From: Caecitellus pseudoparvulus
Taxonomy: Eukaryota; Protista; Bigyra: Bicosoecida
DNA: 64,000 bases
Assembly (NCBI GenBank): GCA_965644315.1
Contig: CBFFRQ010000030.1
Coordinates: 558,001-622,000, forward strand
Direction of reading: 5' to 3'
Positions 11,889-24,600 of this stretch are shown one piece after another. The notes beneath the pieces were generated by a model. The model searched no databases. It was not told the origin of the DNA and was given only the letters and a program-made list of their open reading frames with translations. Position numbers and translations under genes: made by a program. Every line of letters starts with the position of its first letter. The first letter of the stretch is position 1.

Positions 11889-14800
11889 TCAAACACGTGC
11901 CGCGCCGGAGCTGGGCCCATCACCCTCCTCGCCTGGCTGTGTGGCGGGTGGGGGTGCATCCAGGGACAGCGCCGGAGCGGCCGCCCCCGCATCGCTCCCT
12001 CTGTGGGGCGGGCGTGGCGGGGACAGGGGCGCCGTCTCACCCTCCGTCTCGCTGTCTGCCGACACTCCGCCTTCTTCACTCGCAACTTGGCTCTCCGTGA
12101 ACCCCTCTGGCCGGTCTGCCAACCCGACGAACCCCTCCAGGGTGGTCTCGAACGACGTCACGAGCTCACCGCCTGTGCCTCGCACCAGCAGAGCCCGTGC
12201 GACGCCTGCCGTGCACACCTCCGTCTCCAGCATGAAGGTCTTGGCGTCCGCTGACCGGGACACGAACAGGTTGGTCACCACCAGCGCAGCGTCTGAGGAG
12301 TGCTGGGAAATGGCCGCATTGAGGGCCATGGCGTGTCGCAGGCGCTGCTCTCGCAGGGACTGAGACCTGGCCACGGACGGCTCGCCGGTGCCAGCGTCCT
12401 CTGGCGTGTCGGCCGCCTCCCCATCCTCCTCTGCCACAGCCGGCATGGTGTCCACGCCAGTGGTGGTAGAGGCGTCCCCCTCACCACCGCCTTGTGCTGG
12501 CGCCGCCCCGAAGACATCCATGACTGACCTGCGTGCCGTGCGGGAGGGTGTCTCGGGCTTCAGGTCAGACGCAGCCATGGTCATGGTGCTGGCGTGCGCG
12601 ACCTGCGCCAGCAAATTCCGCGCCTCCAAGTTCAACGTGCGGTTGGCCACGGCGGCATCTGCGACGTCCCCCGCAATGGCCACCGTGTACACCTCTGCCA
12701 CGATGCGCGCATTGGCCAAGTACGCCTCCAGGCGTTCCTTCGTGGCGCCAGGGGATGCGTCGGAGGCGGAAACGACAGCGAACAGACGCAGCTTGCACTG
12801 CGCCCACTTGGGGTGGCGCGTCAGCAGGAAGGGCAGCAGCAGCAGCAGGCCACTGTCCACACGCACCCACCAGATGTCAATGGTGCCACGCATGGGCACT
12901 GGCGAGTGCAGGTCAGGGTCTGCGTCGCCCTTCAACACCAGGATGCTCTTGCGCATGGCCAAGGAGGTCTTCAACAGGGACACATACTGCCCTGCCGCGG
13001 CCCGGTCACGCAGGGTGGGGTGCTGGTCCTCCCCTTCCCCCTCCCACTGCACGATCTCCCCCGGCCACCCCAGCATGACCATGTTGGGGGACAGTGCCCC
13101 CAGCCCAGCCGTCTGCAGCAGAGACACCAGCCCATCCTCACGGTGCACAGAGTGCACCACCTGGGCGAAACCGTCCACGCCGGCAGACAACATGGACTTC
13201 TGCATGACAGCTTCAGCGGAACGCAGCACGACGATCTCAGGGTCCTCCAACATCAGCGCGTCGTCACCCTTGGCGTCTGCCGTCACGGCTGCGATCTCTG
13301 CAGCGGACGGGTTCTCAATGCCCCGCGCCAGGAGACGCGCTGCAGTGCGGGTGGCTTCGCCCTCGGACACGCCCTGCTCGCCCAGCTGGTGCAGCAGGGT
13401 GCGGTACTCCTCTCGAGCGCGGTTGAGCAGGGACAGTAAGGAGCCTTGGCGCACTGTCGCGACGACGGTGAGGCCCTGTCCCTTCTTCAACTGCCCAGCC
13501 ACGTGCAGCAGGCCCGGGCGGGTGGGCACGCCATCCGCGTCGGTGTTGGTCAGCACCAGCAGCTGCGGACGCCAGTTCTTGGGGTGCATGGCCACTGACC
13601 GCAGCGACAGCAGGGCCGTGGAGGCTTGGTGCAGTCGGACGGATGCGATGCTGTCACCCCACGTACCCCACTGCAAACTCTCCCCCGTGCGCTGGATCCA
13701 GTAGTACAGCGCCACGGCCACGGTAATACCTGCCAGGGCCTGCCACCAGGACACCAGCATCATGATGGCAGCACAGGCCAGCACGCCTGCAGCACAGGTC
13801 CACCAGGCAAAGTGCCGCCAGACGGGGCGGAAATTGGGCGTGCGCAGGAGGGCCAGGACGAGGCAGGCCAGGTTGATGCTGCCGTACAGCATGAGGAAGA
13901 AGATGGTCTGGATGGGCGTGATGTTGTCGATGTTGCCCGCCAGACAGGGCAGCGCCGCCAGAACCACCGTGATGAGCACCTCAGGCACACCTGCTTCTGC
14001 TGAGCTGCTACCAGCTGCCGACTCCCCCTTGGAGTGCGCACTGCTGTCGGTGGAGGGCGTGTCTGCCGCCCACAGGTTGCGCAGCCAGACCGGCGTGGGA
14101 ATGGACGGCACGACGCCGTCACGGCGCATGACGGCCAGGAGTTGGGGCGCCCCCGTAAGGCTCTGCATGCCGGCGCCGATGCTGGACATGACGATGCCGA
14201 CGTTGACGATGTAGCGGATGGGCCAGGCGAGGGAGGCGAAGACGAGCTTGTTGGCGATGAGCGTGGCCCGGTCCACGAACGCGCCGTACAGCCACGTGAC
14301 CAGCAAGTACAGGGCGGTGGTGGTGCCGATGGCGCCCAGTGTCCCCAGTGGGATGCTTTGGCCAGGGTTGGCAAGAACACCACTGCGGTTGGCGCCAGCC
14401 ATGATGCCCGTGACGGAGGGGTAGAACAGGCCCAGCAGGGACACGAAGGAGGGCGTGGCGCCTGTGTCGGGGTCGGGTTGGAATTCGGCGCCCAGGGCCA
14501 ACGAGGATGCCGAGGCGATGTCCTCAGGCTGTCCGTAGTCCACGCCCGCTGCAAACAGCACGACACCGGTGAGGCCCAGGAGGATGGAGACGATGACGAC
14601 GGCCAGGAACACCGGCGCAATGCGGGAGACAAAGGCAACGCCCATGAACACACATGCCCCCAGCAGTAGCATGGTGCCCACAGCCAGCAGCTCGCGGTCC
14701 ATTGGGAACAGGTCCGTGAGGCCAAAGCCCACCTGCAGGGCCTCCACCGCACCCAGCACGTACATGGTCGCGCCCAGCGTCGTGCCGAGGTAGAACAGCA

Positions 14801-15250
14801 GCCCCACAGCGCCGCCCATAGGAGCGCCCAGGTTCCGGCTGATGGCAAAGTACGGCCCGCCCGCCTTGATGCGGCCGTTGGTGGCAATGGCGCTGAGGGA
14901 CAGTGACGTCAGGACAGTGGTGAGCACACAACAGGCGATGACGGCCATGGTCAACCAAATGCCGGCTTGGCCTGTGTTCGAGGGGGGGGGAGGAGGGAGT
15001 GGGTGGGCGGATCGTCGGCGCCAGGCCACCAGTCCCAAGTGATCGTGGACTCACCGACGATGAAGGGCAGACGGATGAAGAGAATGACACCCAGAATGTT
15101 CTGAGTGCAGGGGAGGAACACTCCCCAGAGAGTGCCCAAACCTGCAAGACAGGGTGACGCAGAGTGCAGGCGCGCAGTGCAAGTTTGCCGAAGCTGCGGA
15201 AATTTGCCGCCTCAGAACGTACCCGGCTCATCGCCGCCTGTGGAGGGCAT
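11889..15250 (-). CDS. Cation-chloride cotransporter, SLC12/KCC-like
   Basis: Motifs LGTLWGVFLPCTQNILGVILFIRL, AIATNG..GGPYFAISRNLG, YPSVTGIMAGANRSG, KNWRPQLLV, GTIDIWW. Two 5' introns; start MPSTGGDEP. Confidence 0.92.
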
Positions 15251-15568
15251 GTCGCAACAATGATGGGTAAAGCCCGTTAATTTACACTTGTGGCGTGGCT
15301 CCTGGGGTGGTGGAGCTCCTTGCGGGCACTGCCCTTCTGCAAAGCTGAGGAGTCTGCGTGCCGACGACTGTTGTGGCGAGCTCTTGTTTGTGGCTCTCGA
15401 CTCCAACTGCGCCAGCGGCGCGGGGCGGGCAAATCGAAATTTTCGCAACCGATTTCGGCGTGATATGCTTGTTTATTTCCCCCCCATTGCATCCCCAGGC
15501 TGCAAGTGCTGCCCCTTGCCGTCTGCGAAGCCATTCCACGTCACGGCAGGAAGTGCGGAAATTGCTCC

Positions 15569-18391
15569 ATGCAACTGGCGAAACTCTCCGCCCTGCGCCT
15601 GCAGGAGGCGCAGGCAGCCCGGCGCGCTCCCGAGGAGGCCAATACAGTCCCATCCCTTCAAGCTCTCGCTGCTTCCCGCATCGTGCAGTATCTGGAAACA
15701 GCCTGCCACAATGCCCGAAGCACCGCTCCTGTGAGCGTGGAGGAAGCCAAGCGAGACGCAGTCATTGCCGCGATCCTGCTGAACACGGGGGCGCTGGGAG
15801 AGTACCCCGACGCATTTGTGGACAGCGTCATGTCGGGCTCCTCCCTGCCTTCCCTGTCGCCCCTCTGGCACTACTCGGTGCTGAAGGCTGGACTCCGCCT
15901 ACACAGCGTCACAGCCTTCAGCCTGGCCCGCCACCCGCGCATCGCGCCGCTGCTTGCTGAAGTGACTCCAGCCGCCTTCCCGGGCCTGCAGGAGCTGGAT
16001 GTGTCTGGTGCACACGTGCATGACGGCGCCACCTTTGCGGCTGCAGTGCTGGCCATGTCCCAGCAACTCACAGTGCTGAAAGCAGCTGGCACGCAAGGCA
16101 TCACGCAAGCCCTGCTGCCAGGCCTCCGAGCATGCTGCAAACTGCGACACCTGTGTCTGGCGTCCACGAGCTCCACCTTGGTGGCCTCAAACAGCCCAGC
16201 CCCTGCCGCAGGCTCAGCAGACGGCTGGAGCACCGTCACCCGCCGCCACCAGCGGTTCGCCCGAACACCCGCGCAGTCGGAACACTCAGCCCCGGTTGCC
16301 TCCCCGCCCAGCCACTTCCCTGCCTTCCAAAGGGGTGGCAGCAGGGGCAGTCGTGGCAGCTGGAGAGACGACGCCCCGCCGCAGCCGTCCCTGGGCAGTC
16401 GGTCTAGCTCTTGGCGGGAGGCAGCACCGGCCCCTGCAGCGGCGACAGGCGCGGCAGAGGACAGTGCAGGCCCACTGCAGCTGCCTGTACAGGCCCTTCC
16501 GTCGTCCTTGGAGGTTTTGGATATATCGGGCCTGTCTGTCCACCCTGACCTGGCACGCTGCCTTGTGCCTTCCCTTACAACGCAGTGCCCTGCTCTGACA
16601 CACCTGGTCGTGGACAACGTCCCCGCCCTGCAGCCAACGGCCGTGCAGCATGCGTGGGTAGAGCCCCATGGCTTGGTGGGCGGGCTTGTGTCTGGTGCAG
16701 GGGCGTTGCAGACCCTGCACCTTGCAGGCTTGCAATGGCAACCTGCAGTGCAGCTGTCTCTGCTGCAGTGCACCACCCTGCACCTGCAGGAGCTGAACCT
16801 GACCATGCAGCCCCACGCTGCAGGGCAAGTGGAGAGTTTGTTGCACTGGGCCGACCTTGCGTCCCTCGGCTCGCAGGGCGGCCTGCCCCACCTGCGCCGA
16901 GCTGCTCTGCAAGTGGCGGCGCCCGTGTCCCCGCACGGACGCCAAGACGTGACGGGAGTACTCCTGGGCATGCTGGTGCAGGCCCTGCCGCAGGTGGAGC
17001 ACCTTCAACTAGAAATCGTCCCACTGGCCGTCCCCAGTCTGGCAGGCATGGCGCAAGCCGCTGTGCCTACTGGAATGCCACGCGAAGCTCCGCTCCCACA
17101 CACTGCGGCAACACACATTGACGTGCGGTGTGCCGGCGACACAAGCCTGGACATCGGGCCCATCATTGCGACCTGTGCCAACCTGCAATCTCTGGCTGCA
17201 CGGGCCCCAGCCGTGGGCATGACCCTGTGGCATAGGGTTGCACCGCCCGCTGAATTGGCCCGCCTGTGGAGTGCAGAGAGCACGCAGCCGCCGCCAGGCA
17301 GCGACGAGGCACACATTGAGGGCCAAGCTGCAAGCGCCTGGCTGCAAGAGGCTCCAGTGTCAAAAGTCTCCGACCTGGTCGTGCATGGCCAGAGTCTCAG
17401 CTTCAGCGCGTCAGTGCTGCTCGCAGCTCTGCCGTGTCTGGCATCCCTCACGATCCGTGGCAATACTGCTAGTTCTGGCACGTTGGCAGGCGTTCAAGCG
17501 CTGGAGCACAACGTCCGATTGGCTGAGGCAGCTTCTGCATCGCTGCACCAGTTCCTGTCCCTGCCGCTGCCCTGCGCTGCCATTCCCTTTGCCGCGTTTC
17601 TGGCCGCATCACAAACCGGAGCTGATACGTGGGAGGGCAGCGTTCTTGGAGCTGGACATGACGTGGGCGGCGCTGAAAGTGACACTGACAGCGATGAAGA
17701 TGAAGATGCCGCCTGTGACAGGGCGACGGCGCGGGCTGTGCGGCAACTCTCGTCTTTCCGACAGCTTCTGAGCTTGCTTGGAGGGCGCCAATTGGCGGGG
17801 CAAGCCTTGAGCCGGGTGACCCTCGAACAGTGCACCCTGCACTTGCCCTTTGTTGCGGACGTCCTTGCTCTCGTGCACTTCACAAGCATGGACGCTTGCT
17901 CTCTCGCATTTCTCGCTCTGCACGATGGAGTTCAAGGTGCAGCCCATGATGTGGAGCGTGGAGAAGGCACACAGCCGTCGATGGAAGTGGCGGTACCTTC
18001 GAGAGGTGGAATGCTCAGTCTCCGTGCATGTGATGCCGCTCGTGGAGACGGCACTTGCCTTTGGCGGGCATGTCTGCGTTGCACACAACTGGGATGGGGC
18101 GTGCGGTGCGCCGTGCCCTGCTGGAAAGGAAGCAACATGAAAGTCTCCAGTGCACATTTGGATCCAGGCAATGGGAGTGGCATCGCGTGGGCGCATGTTC
18201 CAGCGTGGGGGGGTGTCCAGCACGGTGTTGTGCACAGCGCGCCTGGCTCGCGCTTGCATGGAGCTGCGAGTATTGCAGCTTCAACGACTGCTCTGCAGGC
18301 ATGGGTGCCGTGGGCACAGGACATGCCCGTGCTGCACCAGGCCCACCACCAAGGACTTGGTTGCGAAGACTGTGCAGGTGTGTCCCTTTGA
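15569..18391 (+). CDS. RNI-like / degenerate leucine-rich-repeat protein of unknown function
   Basis: Long ORF with PSLQALAA and LQELDVSG, LRHLCLA, LEVLDISG, LQTLHLAG, LQELNLT repeats. First ATG is at 15569. Confidence 0.6.
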   Translation: MQLAKLSALRLQEAQAARRAPEEANTVPSLQALAASRIVQYLETACHNARSTAPVSVEEAKRDAVIAAILLNTGALGEYPDAFVDSVMSGSSLPSLSPLWHYSVLKAGLRLHSVTAFSLARHPRIAPLLAEVTPAAFPGLQELDVSGAHVHDGATFAAAVLAMSQQLTVLKAAGTQGITQALLPGLRACCKLRHLCLASTSSTLVASNSPAPAAGSADGWSTVTRRHQRFARTPAQSEHSAPVASPPSHFPAFQRGGSRGSRGSWRDDAPPQPSLGSRSSSWREAAPAPAAATGAAEDSAGPLQLPVQALPSSLEVLDISGLSVHPDLARCLVPSLTTQCPALTHLVVDNVPALQPTAVQHAWVEPHGLVGGLVSGAGALQTLHLAGLQWQPAVQLSLLQCTTLHLQELNLTMQPHAAGQVESLLHWADLASLGSQGGLPHLRRAALQVAAPVSPHGRQDVTGVLLGMLVQALPQVEHLQLEIVPLAVPSLAGMAQAAVPTGMPREAPLPHTAATHIDVRCAGDTSLDIGPIIATCANLQSLAARAPAVGMTLWHRVAPPAELARLWSAESTQPPPGSDEAHIEGQAASAWLQEAPVSKVSDLVVHGQSLSFSASVLLAALPCLASLTIRGNTASSGTLAGVQALEHNVRLAEAASASLHQFLSLPLPCAAIPFAAFLAASQTGADTWEGSVLGAGHDVGGAESDTDSDEDEDAACDRATARAVRQLSSFRQLLSLLGGRQLAGQALSRVTLEQCTLHLPFVADVLALVHFTSMDACSLAFLALHDGVQGAAHDVERGEGTQPSMEVAVPSRGGMLSLRACDAARGDGTCLWRACLRCTQLGWGVRCAVPCWKGSNMKVSSAHLDPGNGSGIAWAHVPAWGGVQHGVVHSAPGSRLHGAASIAASTTALQAWVPWAQDMPVLHQAHHQGLGCEDCAGVSL

Positions 18392-18628
18392 GCGTCTGCC
18401 GATATTGTAGGCGAAGGCGTGCTGCCATCAAGTCTCCATTGACGCCAGCCGCACAGTCTTATCGTAGGAGCAGCCCGGAAGGTGCAGGAGCTGCAAGCAT
18501 CTGGTTTGTGGAAAAGATGATCTCATGTCCTGTGGGACCTGACCTGAACGGCTGGGTGAATGCATGTGTATTCTTCATCTGTGTCTGCAGAGCGTGCGCG
18601 ATCGGCAATTTTATTTTCTCTGCGGTGC

Positions 18629-21600
18629 TTACGACTCGCCGCCAACCTCATGCAAGGACGGGCGCTGTGGCCGTGCAGCCGAGAAGGACATACGACCCCG
18701 GCCGTCCATGCGGCGACCCCCTGACATGCGCCTGTCCTCATTGCGAGCAAACGCCAGCACCAGCGCTTCGCATGGATCCCCTGCACCCTGCCCGGCATCT
18801 GCTTCAGGGGAGAACAACCCCTCCGTCACACTCGAACGCCGTTGGGCCGTGTTGGTGGCCGGGAGCTCTGGGGGCAGAGGCTGTGGAACACCGGTTCGTG
18901 CGGCGCTTCGTTGCGGCTGAGCTGCCGGCGAGTCACGGGCACGGTTCGGTGACGCAAAACCTCGAGTTGGCCTCGCAACTTGAAGCGGCTGCCGGCCTCG
19001 ACCAGTCACCTGCAGCATCGGATTTGCTCCGTGCACTGTGTGGCTGGGTGCTCCAGTGCTAGTCGATTGAAGAGGATGCCGCTGGGACTCGACCTGGCTT
19101 GCCAACTTGCTACCAGAGGCTGATTGTTTGATCTCAATGCCAGCTGGCATTGCAACCAGGTCTGTCCCCGAGCCACCCACCACATCCGCCATGCCAGTCT
19201 CCACGGTCAGTCCCTGCTCCTGCACCATGCCCAGCACACTCAACACATCAGACGCTGGACGAGACGCTGCCGGCCGCACCTCGCCTCGCCGCACACACCG
19301 CTGCACCAACGCCCACACAATGCTGCCCACACCCGGCACTTGGCTGTCAGTCACATCGCCCAGCTGACCACTGCTGCCGGTTCCTGCACTGGCTGGCCCC
19401 AGCTCAGGCAGCAGCGCTCGCAGGCGCCGACCCACACGTGCCAGCAGTGCTCGCACTCGGCCACTGTACCCTCGAGCAACAGCCATCGCTAGCCACAACA
19501 GCACAAGCACATGCCCGATGGCAGAGATGATGGATGCAGCAGTGGTCAGTCCGCCACCCACTGTGCCCACGCCCACACACACCACCTGCACCAGGATGCC
19601 GCCATGGGCCAGGACATCCAGGTCGGTCAGCTCAGCCAGCGCCCAGGGCCGACGGTGCTGCACGAGGGCCATGCTGCCCGCCACACCCACACCCACACAC
19701 ACGAGGCGAGCCACAATGGATGTCGTCATGCTGCCCATGACCGCCACGAGCACGACGAGGGCCATCTGTAAGGCAGGGAAGGCGTGGGTGGGCAGGAGGC
19801 GCCCGGCACCGCAGCAGGCACGCTCACTGGCGCGTGCAGCCGCGACAGCCGCTGCTCGGAGTGCCTTGTCTGCCCCAGTGATATGTGCAAGGCGGACTGC
19901 TTGTTGTGGCGTGTACTGTGTGCGGTACCCCATCGTGCAGTAGGCAGGGATGGACGCCCCCCGCGGCAGCAGGTGTTCCGACCTCCGCCACTGCCGCCAC
20001 GCCAGCACACTCAGCACACCCACCGTGGCAGCCAAGCACTGCAGCGTCAGGGAGGCAGCGTACCCGCCCACATCAGCCGCATGTCCAGCGACATCATCCG
20101 GACTGGACATGCCGCGCCACACTGGCTGCAGACCCACGATGCGGGCCTGGCCCTGGATGACACTGGGCACCACCTGCATGTATGCCGCTGGCGCCAGGAG
20201 CAGCAAGATGGTGGTCCAGGTCTTGCCGGGAGCAGGGCGAGCGCACCACAGCACAGCGGCACTGACACACAGCAGCATGCCGCCGTACACGGCCATGATG
20301 ATGTTGGCCATGTCATGCGGGCTGCGGCTGTCGCCTCCGCCCGTGAGACACCCGGCACTTGGCATTGTCGCGACGCCAGCCCGCCCTGTCAGTGCGCCCA
20401 GGATGCCAATAACGTCCACGCCTTGGGATGGCTCAGGCTGGCTCGCGTACATGGTGCCGTTGGGCGGCAGTGTCTGGTGCTGGCCTGCTCGCCACGGCTG
20501 GGCCATGCCACAGACATCGGCCCAGTGGCCCAGCGTGTGGGCTGTCGCCTGCAGTATGCCTGGTGTGTCGGCAGCCAATAACGCCACCTGCCCCGCCATG
20601 CCGATGTACCACATGGCCAGGCGCAGGCCGCCACTGAACAGGCTTGTCACGACACGGTCTGGAGCACGTGCATAGCCGTGCACTGCGAAGAGGGACATGG
20701 CCAGTCCCAGCACCATCTGTGCGGCTGTGGCACCTGCCTTGACGACACCTGGCGCCATGCCACTGTAGGGACACTGACGGCATGTGGTGCAGGGGGAGCT
20801 GGCAGCCCAGCCGTCGTCACAGGCTTGGCATGCGAGGCCGCGGTGTCCAGGCTGACAGGCTGACAGGAGGCGTACGTTGGTGTGTGGGAGGCATGAGCCT
20901 GGTCGAGGGCAGGGGAGGATGAGGGCTTGTGGTGAGGAGCAATGCTGAACACACGCGAGCTGGGCTGAGAGATGGGGAGCAATCTGAAGGTGGGATGAGG
21001 AATTGTGTGAGGGGGGAGCAAGGGCCCAAGCCGAGCGGGGAGGGGAAGGCTGGGGTGTGTGGGACGGGCTGGGGGAACTTGAAGTACTGGGCATCGCTGT
21101 TCTTGAGGATGGTGGAGCTCCGGTAGGGATGTTTGTTGGGATGTGTGTTGGGATGCTGGACGGTGTTGTAGTCACAGTCGACGTGGGGGACGCCATGCCA
21201 GACACAGTGGCAGTGCCCGTCACAGTCGACGTGGGGGACGCCATGCCAGACACAGTGGCAGTGCCCGTCACTGTCGACGTGGGGGACGCCGTGCCAGACA
21301 CAGTGGCAGTGCCCGTCACTGTCGACGTGGGGGACGCCGTGCCAGACACAGTGGCAGTGCCCGTCACAGTTGCCGTGGGGGACGCCGTCCCAGTCCCAGA
21401 GGGCGAGGCCGAAGCAGACGGGGTTGGGACAGCACTCCCAGATGCACTCGGTGTCTGGGATGGTGTTCTTGTGGCTGAAGATGTTGTGCTCACAGACGGA
21501 GTGAGTGTGGCTGTCGAACTCGCAGATGGGGTGGCTGAGGCTGTCGAACTCGCAGATGGGGTGGCTGAGGCTGTCGAACTCGCAGATGGACTGGGTGTGG

Positions 21601-24600
21601 GTGTCGGCGTGGCCATGGCCACACTCTGGCCGGGCAGACACACGATGTCCACAACAGGTGGGCATGTCCCTGTACTGCAGTGCCAAGCACCATACAGTGT
21701 GGTGCCCACACACGAGCCTTCTCCTGTGCATGTGATGCTGCAGTGGCCAGGCGTGGATGGGCGGGTGCAGAACATGGCGGAATGTGTGCATGAATGATTG
21801 CCTGAGCAGTTCACGACAGCCCCCTCTTGAACAATCAGAGGGTTGCTTCCTGATGAGGCGGAGCAGCTATGCGATGCAGGGCAATGTATGGTGTCGTTGG
21901 TGAGGGGGGGGGGCACTGGGCAGCTTTGACACATGCAAAGGCGGGGGCTCGAGGGCAGGGGGCCAATATGCATGGAGCAGTCAAACGCTGAGGGCATTGA
22001 TTGAGAGCATGAGCTTACAAGTGGTGATCGGAATGTGAACAAGGAAGTGAGACGCGTGAGGTCGCTAAACACACCCACGGGCAGGCTGGTCAAAGCATCG
22101 TTGTATCTTAGGTCTAGCTCTGTGAGGCTACTAAGGCCGCCAAACACACCCGCAGGCAGGCTCGCCAGGCCACCGTTGCTTCTCAGATCCAGGTGTGTGA
22201 GGCGCGTGAGGTTCGCGAACACACCCACAGGCAGGCTGGTCAAAGCATCGTTGTAGCTCAGCTCCAGGTGTGTGAGGCTACTAAGGCCGCTAAACACACC
22301 CGCAGGCAGGCTGGTCAAAGCATCGTTGTATCTTAGGTCTAGCTCTGTGAGGCTACTAAGGCCGCTAAACACACCCGCAGGCAGGCTCGCCAGGCCACCG
22401 TTGTTTCTCAGATCCAGGTGTGTGAGACGCGTGAGGTTCGCGAACACACCCACAGGCAGGCTGGTCAAAGCATCGTTGTCGCTCAGCTCCAGGCGTGTGA
22501 GGCTACTAAGGCCGCCAAACACACCCGCAGGCAGGCTGGCCAGGGCATCATTCTTTGTCAGGTACAGGGCTGCGAGGCTGCTGAGGTCATCAAACACACC
22601 CGCAGGCAGGCTTGTCAGGGCGTTACCGAAGCTCAAAGACAGAGTTGTGAGGCTGGTGAGGCCGCCAAACACACCCACAGGTAGGCTGTTCATGCTACTA
22701 CCGCTCAAGTGCAGGTCTGTGAGGCTGGTGAGGTTCGCAAACACACCCGCAGGCAGGCTGGCCAAGGCAGTGATGCCGTACAGATTCAAGTATGTGAGAC
22801 GCGTGAGGTCGCTAAACACACCTACAGGCAAGCTTGCTAGGGCATCGTTGCTGCTCAGGTCTAGCTCTGTGAGGCTGGTGAGGCCGCCAAACACACCCAC
22901 GGGCAGGCTGGTCAAAGCATCGTTGTATCTTAGGTCTAGCTCTGTGAGGCTACTAAGGCCGCCAAACACACCCGCAGGCAGGCTCGCCAGGCCACCGTTG
23001 CTTCTCAGATCCAGGTGTGTGAGGCGCGTGAGGTTCGCGAACACACCCACAGGCAGGCTGGTCAAAGCATCGTTGTAGCTCAGCTCCAGGTGTGTGAGGC
23101 TACTAAGGCCGCTAAACACACCCGCAGGCAGGCTGGTCAAAGCATCGTTGTATCTTAGGTCTAGCTCTGTGAGGCTACTAAGGCCGCCAAACACACCCGC
23201 AGGCAGGCTCGCCAGGCCACCGTTGTTTCTCAGATCCAGGTGTGTGAGACGCGTGAGGTTCGCGAACACACCCACAGGCAGGCTGGTCAAAGCATCGTTG
23301 TCGCTCAGCTCCAGGCGTGTGAGGCTACTAAGGCCGCCAAACACACCCGCAGGCAGGCTGGCCAGGGCATCATTCTTTGTCAGGTACAGGGCTGCGAGGC
23401 TGCTGAGGTCATCAAACACACCCGCAGGCAGGCTTGTCAGGGCGTTACCGAAGCTCAAAGACAGAGTTGTGAGGCTGGTGAGGCCGCCAAACACACCCAC
23501 AGGTAGGCTGTTCATGCTACTACCGCTCAAGTGCAGGTCTGTGAGGCTGGTGAGGTTCGCAAACACACCCGCAGGCAGGCTGGCCAAGGCAGTGATGCCG
23601 TACAGATTCAAGTATGTGAGACGCGTGAGGTCGCTAAACACACCTACAGGCAAGCTTGCTAGGGCATCGTTGCTGCTCAGGTCTAGCTCTGTGAGGCTGG
23701 TGAGGCCGCCAAACACACCCACGGGCAGGCTGGTCAAAGCATCGTTGTATCTTAGGTCTAGCTCAGTGAGGCTACTAAGGCCGCCAAACACACCCGCAGG
23801 CAGGCTCGCCAGGCCACCGTTGCTTCTCAGATCCAGGTATGTGAGGCGCGTGAGGTTCGCGAACACACCCACAGGCAGGCTGGTCAAAGCATCGTTGTGG
23901 CTCAGCTCCAGGTGTGTGAGGCTACTAAGGCCGCTAAACACACCCGCAGGCAGGCTCGCCAGGCCACCGTTGTAGCTCAGATCCAGGTGTGTGAGGCGCG
24001 TGAGGTTCGCGAACACACCCACAGGCAGGCTGGTCAAAGCATCGTTCATGAGTAGCTTCAGGTGTGTGAGGCTACTAAGGCCGCTAAACACACCCGCAGG
24101 CAGGCTGGCCAAGGCATCATTCTTTGTCAGGTACAGGGCTGCGAGGCTACTTAGGCTAGAAAATGCGCTGATACTGATGTTGTGGAAGCTGCCATCTGAG
24201 ATGCTCAGGCTTGATACGCCACACTCACTGCAGCTCACCAAAGTGCCTCTCTCCACAACACAGCAAGAAGGAACGTAGCCCGCCACTGCAGCCCACACAC
24301 TCATCACACACATCAACCACAAGAATCTCCTCCACCTGCTCCTTGCCCCAAACCTCCCCGTCTTCGATGCTATCACCCCCACACCACCTGCGATTCGGCG
24401 CTGCCGAACGTTCACCTGCTCGACACTCAGTCTATACCCACGCCCGCTGCTGCAGGTGGAGGGTCCACGCTCTCCAGGTTCTTGCCTCACCGCCACACAT
24501 GAATGGGCGCTTACCATGCCCCTGCCACTGCTGTGACCCGGCACTCTGTGCTGTCGAAGGCGCGCTTGCTCTGCAGGCTGTACTTGCGACAAGCCCGAAA

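Noticed and set aside
22049-24142. Regularly spaced repeats resembling a CRISPR array
   Set aside because: The period is 75/72 bp, in frame within an ORF encoding LRRs. There are no unique spacers, no cas genes, and the context is eukaryotic.
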